Made by a program: the position numbers and the translations under genes
The notes under the pieces: model-generated
What the model saw: the letters and a program-made list of their open reading frames with translations, nothing else
Database searches by the model: none
What the model was told of the DNA's origin: nothing
Source of the DNA: Octopus sinensis
Lineage: Eukaryota
Length of the DNA: 64,000 nucleotides
Direction: 5' to 3'
Assembly (NCBI RefSeq): GCF_006345805.1
Contig: NC_043013.1
Span: 45,508,001-45,572,000 of the forward strand
Shown here: positions 49,160 through 62,835 of the stretch, piece by piece
How positions within the stretch are numbered: position 1 is the first letter of the stretch
How the letters are laid out: each line of letters opens with the position of its first letter

Positions 49160-49381
49160 GAGTGGTGAGCTGGCAGAAATGTTAGCACGCCGGGCGAAAT
49201 GCGTAGCCGTATTTCGTCTGCCATTATGTTCTGAGTTCAAATTCCGCCGAGGTCGACTTTGCCTTTCATCCTTTCGGGGTCGATAAATTAAGTACCAGTT
49301 ATGCACTGGGGTCGATGTAATCGACTTAATCCATTTGTTTGTCCCCTCTGTGTTTAGCCCCTTGTGGGCAGTAAAGAAATA
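49160..49381 (+). mobile_element. SINE family A monomer
   Basis: Full head, body and tail. Confidence 0.9.
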
Positions 49382-50039
49382 TATTATCACTGCTGGTGAT
49401 GTAGGGATTTTTGAGCTAGTGAGGGAGTCTGTATGTGTCCACTTGACTTGTTAGAAATAGCAACCAATTACCCTCATATCACATTGTACAGTCCTAGAAA
49501 AGGACATAGATAATATAGTCATGTGTTCCTTGTACATGGAAAAGATTGGATGGTCATAGCTGGAATACGTTTGTTTGTAAATATGCTTGGTCATGGCTTA
49601 CCATGGGCTAAATAACAAAGGAATTATCTGTCTTAGCGAAGGGCAGATTGTATGATACAATGTTTGTTATTGTATAGTAGTGAAATGCTTTGAATGTAGA
49701 AGGCTGTGTCTAGAGCAGCAAGAATGAAGGTAAGCATACTTTGCTAGTTGTGTAATGTGAGTGTACATAAATAATTAAGTACAAATGCACTAAGGGGGAA
49801 AATAAAGAACAACAACAACAACTGTTTAGTTTATAAGTGGAATCAGAATTAGTGTGCAAGAGAAGACTGCTGTGTAAGAAGGATGAATTTTGGGTGGGCA
49901 AGTCTCAACCATTTTTTTTTTTTTTACCTAAGGATCCCTTTGATTCCTATTTCGTTCGGGTGGACCCTCATAGCCATTTGATGTTTAAAAAATCATTTTA
50001 TATTATTATAATTAAATATTATTAGAAATTGTATAAAAA

Positions 50040-50388
50040 TTGTGTTGTAAGTAGCTTGTTTACCAACCACATGGTTCCGGGTTCAGTCCCACTGCGTGGC
50101 ACCTTGGGCAAGTGTCTTCTGCTATAGCCTCGGGCCGACCAAAGACTTGTGAGTGGACTTGGTAGACGGAAACTGAAAGAAGCCTGTCGTATATATATAT
50201 GTGTGTTTGTGTGTGTGTTTGTCCCCCTAGCATTGCTTGACAACTGATGCTGGTGTGTTTGTGTCCCCGTCACTTAGTGGTTCGGCAAAAGAGACCGATA
50301 GAATAAGTCCCGGGGTCGAGTTGCTCGATTAAAGGCGGTGCTCCAGCATGGCTGCAGTCAAATGACTGAAACGGGTAAAAGAGTAAAG
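50040..50388 (+). mobile_element. SINE family B
   Basis: Head, CORE-like motif and 3' module. Confidence 0.88.
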
Positions 50389-50984
50389 CATTTTGTGTAT
50401 TTTAGAACTATAAGCAGTTTCTTGCAGATAAATTTTACTACAAAATCTTCCAGGGGCCGCTCCCTGAGTGCCATATGGACCCTTGATGAGAACCACTGGT
50501 CTTGATGAATATCAAGAAAATATGGGAAAATGTGAGGGAATAATCTAGGGATACTGGATCTCACAAAAGGGATGATAAAGGGCAGTTACAAGTGGTGGGA
50601 TGTTGTGCTAGACATGACACATCTAAGCTGCATTCTTTACGTATGGACCCCTTTAATTCCTATTTTACTCAGGTGGGCCCTCCTAGCCATTTGAGGTTTA
50701 AATAATCCTATTATATTAATTAACATTATATTTATTAAAATATTTTGTGTGTTGTAGAAGGACAACTAATTTATTGCAGATATTCTTTTCTACTTTAGGC
50801 ACAAGGCCTGAAATTTATGGGGAGGGGGCCAGTCAATTAGATCGACCCCATTATGCAACTGGCACTTAATTTATCGACCCTGAAAGGATGAAAGGCAAAG
50901 TCGACCTCAGCGGAATTTGAATTCAGACCGTAAAGACAGGCAAAATACTGCTGAGCATTTTGCCATCTTGATTTATCGCAGATA

Positions 50985-51348
50985 GCTTGCTAACCAAACA
51001 CATGGTTCCGAGTTCAGTCCCACTGCGTGGCATCTTGGGCACGTGTCTTCTGCTATAGCCTCGGGCCGACCAATGCCTTGTGAGTGGATTTGGTAGACGG
51101 AAACTGAAAGAAGCCTGTCGTATATATGTATATATATATGTGTGTGTGTGTGTCTGTATTTGTTCCCCTAGCATTGCTTGACAACCGATGCTGGTGTGTT
51201 TACGTCCCCGTCACTTAGCGGTTCGGCAAAAGAGACCGATAGAATAAGTACTGGGCTTACAAAGAATAAGTCCCAGGGTCGATTTGCTCGACTAAAGGCG
51301 GTGCTCCAGCATGGCCGCAGTCAAATGACTGAAACAAGTAAAAGAGTA
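50985..51348 (+). mobile_element. SINE family B
   Basis: Head, CORE-like motif and 3' module. Confidence 0.88.
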
Positions 51349-51499
51349 AATAGTATTGGAGACTTCCTCATAATTGTAATATGAGAGTTTTAAATGATGG
51401 TCCTCAAAAGCACGTTTGAAATGCTTTATTAAAACAACAAAATTTTAAATCACTCTCATATTACAAAAACTAAAGCTTTCCATCTGCATAAGTTGATCA

Positions 51500-51547
<48 letters not shown>

Positions 51548-51640
51548 ATGATAGGCATTTTGGGACAATTAACATTTAGATAATTACTTCAAACATTTGG
51601 CTCATTTTGGACTACTCTCATGTATATTGTTTGTCTGACA

Positions 51641-52489
51641 CATTGTTTCTCAACCTCTTTTTGTCTATGGACCCCTTTGATTACTATTTTACTCAGGTGG
51701 ACCCTCCTAGCCATTCAATCATCATCATCATCGTTTAACATCCGTTTTCCGTGCTAGCATGGGTTGGACGATTCGACCAGGGTCTGGGAAGCCAGGAGGC
51801 TGCACCAGGCTCCAGTCTGATCTGGCAGAGTTTCTACAGCTGGATGCCCTTCCTAACGCCAACCATTCCGTGAGTGTAGTGGGTGCTTTTTACTTGCCAG
51901 GGGAGGCTGGCAGTGGCCATGATTGGTAGGTGCTTTTTACGTGCCACCAGTACAGAAGCCAGTCAAAGTGGCGCTGGCATCAGCCACGTTCGGATGGTGC
52001 TTTTTATGTGCCACCGGCACAGGTATCACAAGTACTATTTCCATTTGATATTTATTTTGATGTTGATGTACTTAACTCAAAAAAATCCTATTATATTACA
52101 GCGCCGCCTTGACTGGCTTTTAGTGCTGGAGGCATGTAAAAAGCACCAATCCGATCGTGGTCGTTTGCCAGCCTCGCCTGGCACCGGTGCCGGTGGCACG
52201 TGAAGAGCACCCACTACACTCACGGAGTGGTTGGCGTTAGGAAGGGCATCCAGCTGTAGAAACACTGCCAGATCAGACTGGAGCCTGGTGCAGCCTCCTG
52301 GTTTCCCAGATCCCCGGTCGAACGGTCCAATCCATGCTAGCATGGAGAACGGACGTTAAACGATGAAATATTATTAGGAATTGCATAACAATAATTATTA
52401 AAATATTTTGTGTATTGTAGAAGTGTAATCAATTTATTGCACAAATTTTAACGATGAAATCTTATATGGACCCTAGTTGAAAACCACTG
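51641..52489. mobile_element. hAT-type MITE interrupted by two family C SINEs in opposite orientations (51718-52070 minus; 52085-52366 plus)
   Basis: Termini CATTGTTTCTCAAC / GTTGAAAACCACTG; 8-bp TSD GTCTGACA / GTCTAACA. Related fragments lie at 49915-50500 and 50640-50780. Confidence 0.75.
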
Positions 52490-53005
52490 GTCTAACACTG
52501 TTCCGATCACACCAGCCTTTATTCAGCATACATTTGTGTACAAGACTGAATATTCAATCTGATATCTGTGTGGCATCCTATTTCCTCTGTTTAATATCAG
52601 GAGACTGAATTGTACTACACAGAAACTTTTCATTGTGTAGTGCAGTTCCCCTATTTAGAATTGTAGCACCTCGTAATCACGCAACGAGAGAGGAAGCTAC
52701 TAAATAATGGACAAAGTCACAAGAATTCTGGTGGTATGTTTTCTTGTGTCAGTGTGTATTTGTAGTAGTTTGGTTGCTAGGACATTGTAGATATTGGTTA
52801 ATTGGTGAGAAAGTAAACTAATTGGATGAGCAGTGTCCTTCAAATAAACAAAGTAGATTTTCAGTGTCAGAGTTTAATATTTGGACTGGTTTATTAATAT
52901 CATCTGTAGTTTATTTATTTATTTTTTTACATGAAATATAATTGTTCTCAAGTGACAAAGATAGCTATTGTGTAGTGGATCACAGAAGGTATGTGGCATA
53001 CTTAT

Positions 53006-53470
53006 AATCTTTTCTACTCTAGGCACAAGGCCCGAAATTTTCGGAGAGGGGTCCAGTCGATTAGATCGACCCCAGTATGCAACTGGTACTTAATTTACCG
53101 AGGCGGAGAGCTGGCAGAAACGTTAGCACGCCGGGCGAAATGCTTCGCGGTATTTCGTCTGCCGCTACGTTCTGAGTTCAAATTCTGCCGAGGTCGACTT
53201 TGCCTTTCATCCTTTCGGGGTCGATAAATAAAGGACCAGTTATGCACTGGGGTCGATATAATTAACTTAATCTGTTTGTCTGTCCTTGTTTGTCCCCTCT
53301 GTGTTTAGCCCCTTTTGGGTAGTAAAGAAATAGGTACTTAATTTATTGACCCTGAAAGGATGAAAGGCAAAGTCGACCTCGGCGGAATTTTAACTCAGAA
53401 CGTAAAGACAGACGAAATACCACTAAGCATTTCGCCCCATGTGCTAATGTTTCTGCCAGCTTGCTGCCTT
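53006..53470. mobile_element. SINE family A (plus, about 53101-53332) inserted into another family A copy (minus)
   Basis: 13-bp TSD GGTACTTAATTTA at 53085-97 and 53333-45. Confidence 0.9.
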
Positions 53471-54037
53471 ATGGCGTACTTATAATAATGAAATTCAAGT
53501 ATATTAGAAGTAAGTTATGTATTTGAAAAGGGCTGAACAGTTTTGAGAAGTGTGCTGGGTATGATTGGAAACCTCAGTGTCAGTGGGAAAGTGCACAAAC
53601 TGAGAAGTTAGATATGGCATAAGTGTAAGTCTTGACAGCAGGAATTTGGCAAGTTTAGAGAAATAATATTTGTTGTAGAGCCAGGAGTGGGCATAAAGTG
53701 ATAGTTAATCAGGATGTTACTTTTAAATTTTGGCACAAAGCCAGCAATTTCAGGGGGAGAGGTAAGTCAACTGGTACTTATTTTATTGACCCTGAAAGAA
53801 ATGAAAGGCAAAGTTGACTACAGCAGAATTTGAACTCAGAACTTAGTGACAGGCTAAATGCTACTAAGCATTTTGCCTAGCATGCTAATGGTTCTGCTAG
53901 CTTGTTGCCTTGGTGACACTTCATCAATACCCAATGCAGTGATTTTCTGATTGACAAATACTACCTCTGCTTTTCCAATTCCATTCTCCTTACAAAAAAA
54001 GAAGATAGGGAAATTTTTTGGGACCATCTTCACGTCT

Positions 54038-54422
54038 TTACTCTCTTTTACTTGTTTCAGTCATTTGACTGCTGCCTTGCTGGAGCACCGCCTTTAGTCG
54101 AGGAAAGCGACCGCCAGGACTTATTCTTTGTAAGCCTAGTACTTGTTCTATCATTCTCTTTTGCCAAACCGCTAAGTTACGGGGACGTAAACACACCAGC
54201 ATCGGTTGTCAAGCGATTTTGGGGAGACTAACACACACACACACACATATACATATATACGACGGGCTTCTTTCAGTTTCCGTCTACCAAATCCACTCAC
54301 AAGGCTTTGGTCGGCCCGAGGCTATAGTAGAAGACACTTGCCCAAGGTGCCACACAGTGGGACTGAACCCGGAACTATGTGGTTGGTAAACAAGCTACTT
54401 ACCACACAGCCACTCCTGCGCC
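54038..54422 (-). mobile_element. SINE family B, near intact
   Basis: Full head to tail. Confidence 0.9.
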
Positions 54423-56683
54423 TTTATTAGAAACCAAAATAGAGTTTGCATGTACGTAATTCATTCATCAGTATGATATGGGGCAAGTTTAAAAAAAATT
54501 TAAAACAACCTAATTTTTATTAATCATGTGACTTGTTTGCCCACTTTCAGTGCTGATAGTACCTACCCCACTCTTGGTGGTGATCTATTATTTTTGTAAT
54601 ATTTTAATAATTGAAGTATCATATTGCATTGAAGCACTTGATATCTCCAGTAGCTTTTGCTACATTGTGAACTTGAGTTCATTTTGTGCTTCACAGAAAT
54701 TGTTGGTGTGATTCAGACTATACTGGAGAGGTCCTTATTAATGTCTACACTGGTTAAGACCTGTTTAGTTACCATTGTTGTTACTTGCAATTGGAGGGAG
54801 GAAAGGAATGGAGAGCAATATTATCAGTATAGCAGTGGTTGTTTAACCACAGGTCAGCTCTTGTGGACCCAACAGTGCTCCATCTATGAACCTCCCATCT
54901 TTCTTTTGGATATTGTGTATCAACATCTACTTGTCATCATTTTAACATCATCCTCTTTTCCATGTTTGTATGACAGTGATAATTGCTTTACAGCTATCAC
55001 ACAGTATGAAGGCAAAGTTATAATAACACACACACAATAGGCTTCCTTCAGTTTCTGTGTACCAAATCCATGCACAAGTCCTTGATTGGCCTGGGGCTTT
55101 TAGTAGGAGACATGTCCAAGGTGCCATGCAGTGAAATTAAGTTTGAGAAGCAAACTTCTTTTCACACTGCCACACTTGTTCTTCCTTTTGCAAAGTGGTA
55201 GGTTTATAATTTTAGAGAGATTTGACTACAGTTTCTAGGATGTCAATCAACCCTGTAGAGGCTCTTTTCCATTCATTTGTTACGGTGTTTTGGTGATTAT
55301 TAGACAGGAGGTTATTGAGATAGAAAAGGGAAATGTTGTCCATAAGGTTTAATCTGCACATACTGTAATATAATGGGCAACAAAGTAGCTGTTAATTCAG
55401 GTGAGTAATTAGTTCAGGGTGTAGTTTATAATTGTCTTAGTCACTTTGAGATTTGGTCAAATTGGTTAGTAATTGGTTAAATAAGAGAGCTTGCTTCAGT
55501 CGGGAGTATGTTGCAACACAAATATATTCATTTGTATAAAGTGCGCTTATTTCATGGTGAAAATGTGAACCTATTTTGGGTTCTTATATTTGAAGGTGAC
55601 GTTTGGAATGTGGTGTAAACCAGTCATTTTGGTACTACTAATACCGTCTGCATGCATAAGCAGGATTGTTGTGGCTTCAGAGTTATTCAAGGCAAGAGGC
55701 ATGTTATGCTGGCTGTTGCTGTGCAAATACAACTGACAACTTTGTTGTGTTTGTGAATGGAAAAGTAGGACAATTTTTAAAAATTGGTAACCACCGTTAA
55801 AAGGAGAAAGAAAGCTAGTTAGATGGTAGTGTCTTTTTGCTTTCCTGGTGATTGCAGTAATTGGGTTTCTGTGAGGACTGAATCTACATATGTTTGGGTA
55901 TACAGCTGGCAGGATGGCAGGTTAATTGCCCACCACAGTAAACGTTAACTCATCATCATCATCATTTAGTATCTGTTTCCCATGCTGGCATGGGTTAGAT
56001 GGTTTGAGTGGAGCTTGTAAGCTAGAGTTGCACGGGGCTCAAGTCTATTTTAACTTGGTAAGCCAGAGTTGCACCAGGCTCAAGTCTGTTTTAACTCGGT
56101 TTCTAAGGCTGGATGCTCTTCCTAATGCCAACCACTCCATATAGTGTACTTGGTGTCTTTTATGTGTCTGTGGCACAGGTGCTTTTTACAGGTCACCAGC
56201 ACAGGTGTGTTTTACATTTCACTGGCACAGCTACCTTTCATGTGTCACCAGCACTGGCCACGACTACGATTTAACTTAGCTTGACGCCTTCTCAAGCACA
56301 GCAAATTGCCTGATATCTCTGTCACTTATCCTCACCTCTGTGAGACTCTGAGCAGAAATATTACTGATGCAAGTGAACAACTTTGAGGTAATCCAATAAA
56401 AGCTTTATGGGGGAAAAGATTTAGAAATACCATCAATGACACTACAGAGGTGAAAAGAAATCAAATTGCAATGGCATTCTGTTATAGTGTCACAGCTTAT
56501 CAATTTTACATGAAGGTGCATGGCCTAATGGTAAGGCTGTTGCACTCATGATTGTTAGATTGTGGGTTTGATTCCTAGACTGGGTGGCACATGGTGTTCT
56601 TGAGCAAGACACTTCATTTCATGTTGCTCCATTAGGGGAAAATGTTGGCCTTCTTGCCAAGCCAGCAGGGTGGTGGTATTCAA

Positions 56684-56906
56684 GGTGGCGAGCTGGCAGA
56701 ATCGTTAGCACGCTGGGCGAAATGCTTAGCAGTATTTCGTCTGTCGCTACGTTCTGAGTTCAAATTCCGCCGAGGTCGACTTTGCCTTTCATCCTTTCGG
56801 GGTCCGTTAAATAAGTACCAGTTACGCACTGGGGTCGATATAATCGACTTAATCTGTTTGCCTGTCCTCTCTGTGTTTAGCCCCTTGTGGGCAGTAAAGA
56901 AATAGG
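56684..56906 (+). mobile_element. SINE family A monomer
   Basis: Flanked by GGTATTCAA on both sides. Confidence 0.9.
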
Positions 56907-58914
56907 TATTCAAAGGCTAAAATGACGCAAAAGTGCATTGTGACCAGCAATGTGTAACAACATCAGTCAAATGATCACATGATCAATTTGACTGTGCTGT
57001 CGTAGCTCACAGCATTGAGAGGTTTTAATTTATTTACAGAATAAGCAGACTGGATCATTTCAGAATTAAGTGTTTTAATTATGGCTATGTCAGTGCCAGG
57101 AACAATAAAGAAATCCCTGGCCCCTCAGTTGATCATCCACTATCCTGTTGTCTTGGTTTTCTGTGTTTAAATATTTATGACTTTCTTGCTTAAACCCAGT
57201 TACTTTCGTAGTGTGTCTGGATAATTCACTTTTGTTTACATTCGGTACAGATGTAATCATTACTTTACATCCATTTTCCATGTGGGCACAGCTTCTTGCT
57301 ACTTACTATGATCTTTGTGAAGTTCAGCTTCTTGAGATTAGTCCTCTGCCTCTTCTTCCTCTTCTCCAGGCTCCTTTTACTTGAATTGTTTGGCACTGTT
57401 TCACCCAGCCCTTCATACACGTTGCATGTGCTCAACACCTCATTTGGTGTGTGCTGGAGATCATTGGGGAACTTGTATCTAAGGAAATAGACATGGGAAT
57501 GGTGGAAAATGAGATGAGATGAGTAGGTTTGGATGAAGATAGTTTACAGTTTTCAGCAAGTTGAGAGGGATCTGAGACTATTGTATCAATCTTTGGATTT
57601 CTAGCATACATAATAGGTCATCACCAATAGTAAAGCCCATCAGAGTAATATAGGATGTCAGAATAATATGGGTGTGGTGTCATGGATTTAGTTTCTTTCA
57701 GTGAGTAATGTTGATGTTTTGATGTTGTTATAAGGTTTATAATCTTTTCTCCTTACCATATATTCCCTCAATACATGTCTTGTCTATTGAGACCATTCTT
57801 AAATGCTTCTGATTCCTCAACATGGCCTAATTTTGGTTTATAATTTTACTTTTACCTGTCATTTCATTCATATTGAATTTCAGTGGAATTATATCTGTCC
57901 ATTTTGACATAATTCTGTTTTGAGTATTTTGAGCTAACAAATATTCAGAAGGCTTATATTATCTATTATGTTTTTCTTCTTTTTTTACTTTTGTTTTAGT
58001 GAAGGAAATAACAGAGGAATTCTAAAGTGATAAAAATTTAGAGAATGTTATTTTGGAAAAGTGGGGATAGTGAACATAGTAGGCACTATTAGATTTGAAA
58101 AAATTTGAATTGGTGCAGGCATATCTGTGTGGTGGTAAGAAGCTTGCTTTCCAACTACATGGTTCTGGGTTCAGTCCCTCTGCATAACCTCTTGGACAAG
58201 TTTCTTTTACTTTAGCCTTGGACCGACGAAAGTCTTGTGAGTGTATTTGGTAGATGGTAACTGAAAGAAGCCCGTTGTATATATGTGTGTGCGTCTGTTT
58301 GTCCATCACTGCATACAATTTGTGTTGTTGTGTTTATGTCTCTATAACTTAGTAATTTAGCAAAAGAGACCGATAGAATAAGTATCAGGCTTTTTGTTTT
58401 AAAAAAAAAGGACTGGCATTGATCCATTTGATAAAAATTCTTCAAGAAGGTGGTGCCCCAGCTTGGTTGCAGTCTGTAACTGAAACAAGTGAAAGATCTA
58501 AGATTATATATAGCATGATGTGAGCTAAAAATTTTTCTTTAGAGCCAAAATTTTTGGTAATAAAGATGTCAGAAATATATAGTCCATCAGATAATTAGCA
58601 ATGAAAAGGATACATCATGCCAGGCATAGAAGCAGCTTCACAAACTTGTACATATTTGATCTTTGAAGGCTTTTACACATTCTGTGTTTGACCCTTTAGC
58701 ATTCAGGTTTCTCAGTGGAATGTGATGATTATTTATTAAACATTGTTTTGAATTAATCGTGCATTTTCAAAATTTTAATGGTGTGTTTGTATATTTATAG
58801 AATGACATTGTAGGGTTCGTGTGAGTGGTTGGATCTGGTCAGTTTTAACATAAAACAAGTAAAATATTTTGACTGGATAAGGCTGGATTAAATACTGAAG
58901 GGTTTAAATCTCAT

Positions 58915-60180
58915 TGTGGTCAACTTAACCTTTCATCTTTTGGGGTCAGTAAAATGCAATACTAGTCAAGCACTGGAGTCATTAATATTGACTAACCCTG
59001 TTCCCTCAAAATTGTCAGCCCTGTGCCTAAATTCAAGCTCATTATTATTAGGCGAATTGACATATAGGTCAGTGGGTGGTCAAAATCATTAAAGTGTCAG
59101 ACGAAATGCCTTGTGGAAAGCCTCTTTATATTCCGAGTTCATATTCCACTCAGGTGAACTTCACTTTTTATCCTTTCATGGTCCTGGGTTTTATGTAATT
59201 CTGTAACCCCCTGTCTCAAAATTGCTGGCCTCTTGCCTAATTTAGCAACATTAAGACTGATGAGCAGAATAGTTAGAATGTAGGTAAAAAAAGACTTGTG
59301 GTATTTCTTCCAGCTCTACATTTTGAGTTCAAATCTTGCTGAGGTCAGCTTTAGCTTTTATCCTCAAAGGATGAAAAGCAGAGTCAATAAAATTATTAGT
59401 CAAGAACTGGAGTTAATGTAATTGACTAACCCGTACCGATCAAAATTGCTGGCCTTGTGCCTGAATTAGAAACAGTTATTAGTATAAAAACATCAGTATT
59501 TAGAAATAAATTCATCACCCACCATCACCACCACCATCATCATCATCATCATTATTAATAGGGTGGTGAGCTGGCGGAATCATTACTGCGTTGGACAAAA
59601 TACTTCGCATTTTCTTCCGACTTTACGTTCTACTGCCAGGGTTGGCTTCATTTTTTATCCTTTAGGGGTAGATAAACTAAGTACTAGTTGAGCACTGGGG
59701 GTCAATGTAATTGACTTAACCTTTTCCCCCCAAAACTGCTGACATTTTGCCAAAATTTGAAACCATTATTATTCTGGCAGAACCGTTAGAGCATTAGGTA
59801 AAATGTTTAGCGGCATTTCATCTGTCTTGACGTTCTGAGCTCAAATGCTGTCAGGGTTGACTTTGCTTTTCATCCTTTTGGGATCGATAAAATAAGCACC
59901 AGTTGAGCACTGGGGTGACTTAACCCCCCTCCCCCAAATTGCTGGCTTTGTGCCAAAATTTGAAACCATTATTATCATAATTATTATGGTGGCAAGCTGG
60001 CAAAATTGTACAAAATGCTTAGTGGCATTTCATCTGTCTTTACATTCTGAGTTCAAATGCCACCAAGATCTACCTTTGCCCACCATCCTTTCTGGGGGTT
60101 GACAAATTAAGTACCAGTTTAGCCCTGGGGTCAGTGTAATTGACTAGCCCCACCCACTGATTTCAAGTCTTGTGCCTATA
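58915..60180 (+). mobile_element. Cluster of about 6 old, co-oriented family A-related SINEs
   Basis: Repeated decayed B box, CCTTTCATCCTTT and AAATTGCTGGCCTTGTGCC tail, separated by CATTATTATT. Confidence 0.7.
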
Positions 60181-60336
60181 GCAGAAAAGCTGTATTATTA
60201 CTATTATGGTGAATTGGTAGAAGAGGCTATGGTAGGTAGGACTGCTGGAGTGTCAGTCAAAATTCTTTGGCTGAGGTTATCTTTGCTTTTCATTTCTCTG
60301 GGATTGGTAAATAAAGTACCAGTCAAATACTGTTTT

Positions 60337-60644
60337 TGTTGTTTGTTCCTTCTCGAGCCATGCCTGGCTCATAAGGGCCAGTTTCCCTGGTTTCCTTGGC
60401 GTATAGGTTCCCCACCTGGACGGGATGCCGGTCCGTCGCAGGTGAGCTTGCAAGATGCAGGCGGAAAGAGTGAGAGAAAGTTGTGGCGAAAGAGTCAGCA
60501 GAAGTTCGCCATAACCTTCTGCCGGAGCCGCGTGGAGCTTAGGTGCTTCGCTCATAAACACACACATCGCCCGGTCTGAGATTCGAACCTGCAATCCCTC
60601 GACTGTGAGTCCGCTACTCTAACCACTAGCCCATGTGCCTCCAT
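60337..60644 (-). mobile_element. Distinct young tRNA-derived SINE
   Basis: Head TGGAGGCACATGGGCTAGTGGTTAGAGTAGCGGACT...GGTTCGAATCTC; CpG-rich; ends GAAGGAACAAACAAAAA. Confidence 0.8.
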
Positions 60645-62247
60645 TCAAATACTGAGGTCCATTTAATTAACGAACCATTGCTCCCTGAAATTTCAGACTT
60701 TGTGTCTATGTAAAATAGAAAATTGTTATTATTAAAGAAGTCGTCATCATTGTTATTGCTTTCACCCATTTGCATTTTTGTTATTAAGCACAGCCAAAGA
60801 AGAAAAGCCATTTCTCTCCTAATAGTTATCTTCAGGGAATCCTTCGGGAGCACTTTGGATGTCTCCTCATACCGGGGAAGACATAAGGTCTGTTTCTTTT
60901 GGACATTTTTGGATATAATTTTATTTTGTTTATATTCAACTTAAGATGGCTTCTTGCCAGAAACACGATGCACGTAAAAATGAAAAAAGAACGGCAATGA
61001 ATGCAACAACACAAACAACAAAAAACAGAATTAATTACGCAGCAATACATATTTATATACAACATGGAAAAAAAAATGACTGTTTAACAGATAACATTAT
61101 TTTGAACAATTCTGGTGATTAAACTAACAACAACAATGTGCACACAGGTGCACATGTGTGCACACATACATTTTTTGCCCAGATAAAGTTTGAAAAATCC
61201 AGGATGAGTGATCTGAATCATCATCCTCGTTTAACGTCCGTTCCCCATGCTAGCATGGGTTGGATGGTTCGACTGGGGATCTGGGAAGCCAGAAGGCTGC
61301 ACCAGGCTCCAGTCTGATCTGGCAGTGTTTCTACAGCTGGATGCCCTTCCTAACGCCAGACATTACCAATTTTTCATTCATTAATGCTGCCATTAACAGA
61401 CAAATGCTGGACATGAATCACCTAGCAGAGTTAAAGTGACCATAAGTGGTGGGTGTATCACTATGTCTAAGGGTTCTTATTCAAGAGTAAGTCAGGAGGA
61501 AGGTCATATACTCCTATGTTGCCACTGGTGATGCTGTTTCCTTATGTCTTCAGGGAAATTTGTGGTAATCTTGGCTGATGTGTGGAGCTGTCTTTTATGT
61601 CAATTAGGGCAGGACTTACAAAACCAAATCTCTGGAGATTTTAAAACTGAGGATGGGGTGAAGTTTTAAGCTGAGCTGGTGTATCATGCACCTGCTGATA
61701 GACTGGTGCCACAATCTATGGGATGATGTAATTAAAGGGTAACAGTGAATAATGTATATCTTGGCTTGTCACTGTTGTGGCACAGTTAAGGTGGTTAGAA
61801 CTGAGGTAAATAGGAATGACATATGGTTACATGGGGGTCAACATTAGTTATGTAGGTTCTTATGATTTCTAAAGATTACAGATCTGTACTGAGGCCATCC
61901 AATGCAGAAAATGCTTTTGGACATCAAAAATACAGAAAGGAAAGTCCATGAGACTTGTTGTGCAAGGCAGTAGATCTAGCTGCTACTTGAGTGGCAGTAA
62001 GGGCCATTTGAGGACTTTCTGCATAGAACAACCTGAGAAACTGAAAGAGAGACAGACAGAGGCAGCAACAAAACAACAGCAGGTTATAGAAACTGTTGGT
62101 TCCTGAACATCACTAGTTGCAGCTTCAAGAAATGCTGTAAAACTCGTCTCATTTTCTGTCCCAGAAACCGACAAGTAGTAATCTGAGGACCTCCCTGCTT
62201 GTAGTGTTAGCTTTTTGTCATTAAACAATGGGGAGGAGATGGTTGAT

Positions 62248-62462
62248 GGCGGCGAGCTGGCAGAATCGTTAGCACGCCGGGCGAAATGCTTAGCGGTATT
62301 TCGTCTGCCGTTATGTTCTGAGTTCAAATTCTGCCGAGGTCGACTTTGCCTTTCATCCTTTCGGGGTCGATAAATTAAGTACCAGTTACGCACTGGGGTT
62401 GATGTAATCGACTTAATCCATTTGTTTGTCCTTGTTTAGCCCCTTGTGGGTAGTAAAGAAAT
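62248..62462 (+). mobile_element. SINE family A monomer
   Basis: Flanked by GGTTGATGG on both sides. Confidence 0.9.
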
Positions 62463-62835
62463 AGGTTGATGGACAGGAGTGACAAAGAGTTGGAGATGGT
62501 CTGTGGGGAAAATACAAGATCAAATAAAATGTGCGTTAAACCGATAAAGAGAACTTTCTTAACCAGGACAACATGAAATTAATAGTGCTGCAAATAACGA
62601 ACGGTTTTCTGATGGCGATTAATTATGAGAATGTTGTGCTGATTGAGGAAGAAGAGGAAAGACATTCAGACAATAGAATATTGGTGAAGGCCATATCGAT
62701 AATCTACCATGCTACGAAAGAAGCATTTCCCAGAGAACATTGGATGCTATTTGCTCTGTTCAACTTAGAAAAGGCTTACCAATGCCTTTGGTTGCACTGG
62801 GTCCAATACAAGGAATGCAGGAGTGGCAGTTAGAT

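Noticed and set aside
61990-62200. Purine-rich open stretch (EQPEKLKERQTEAATKQQQ...) as FoxK exon 2
   Set aside because: It lacks the expected CTFRFPS continuation of the FHA domain, contains stops, and lies next to decayed LINE-like sequence at about 62480-62830.
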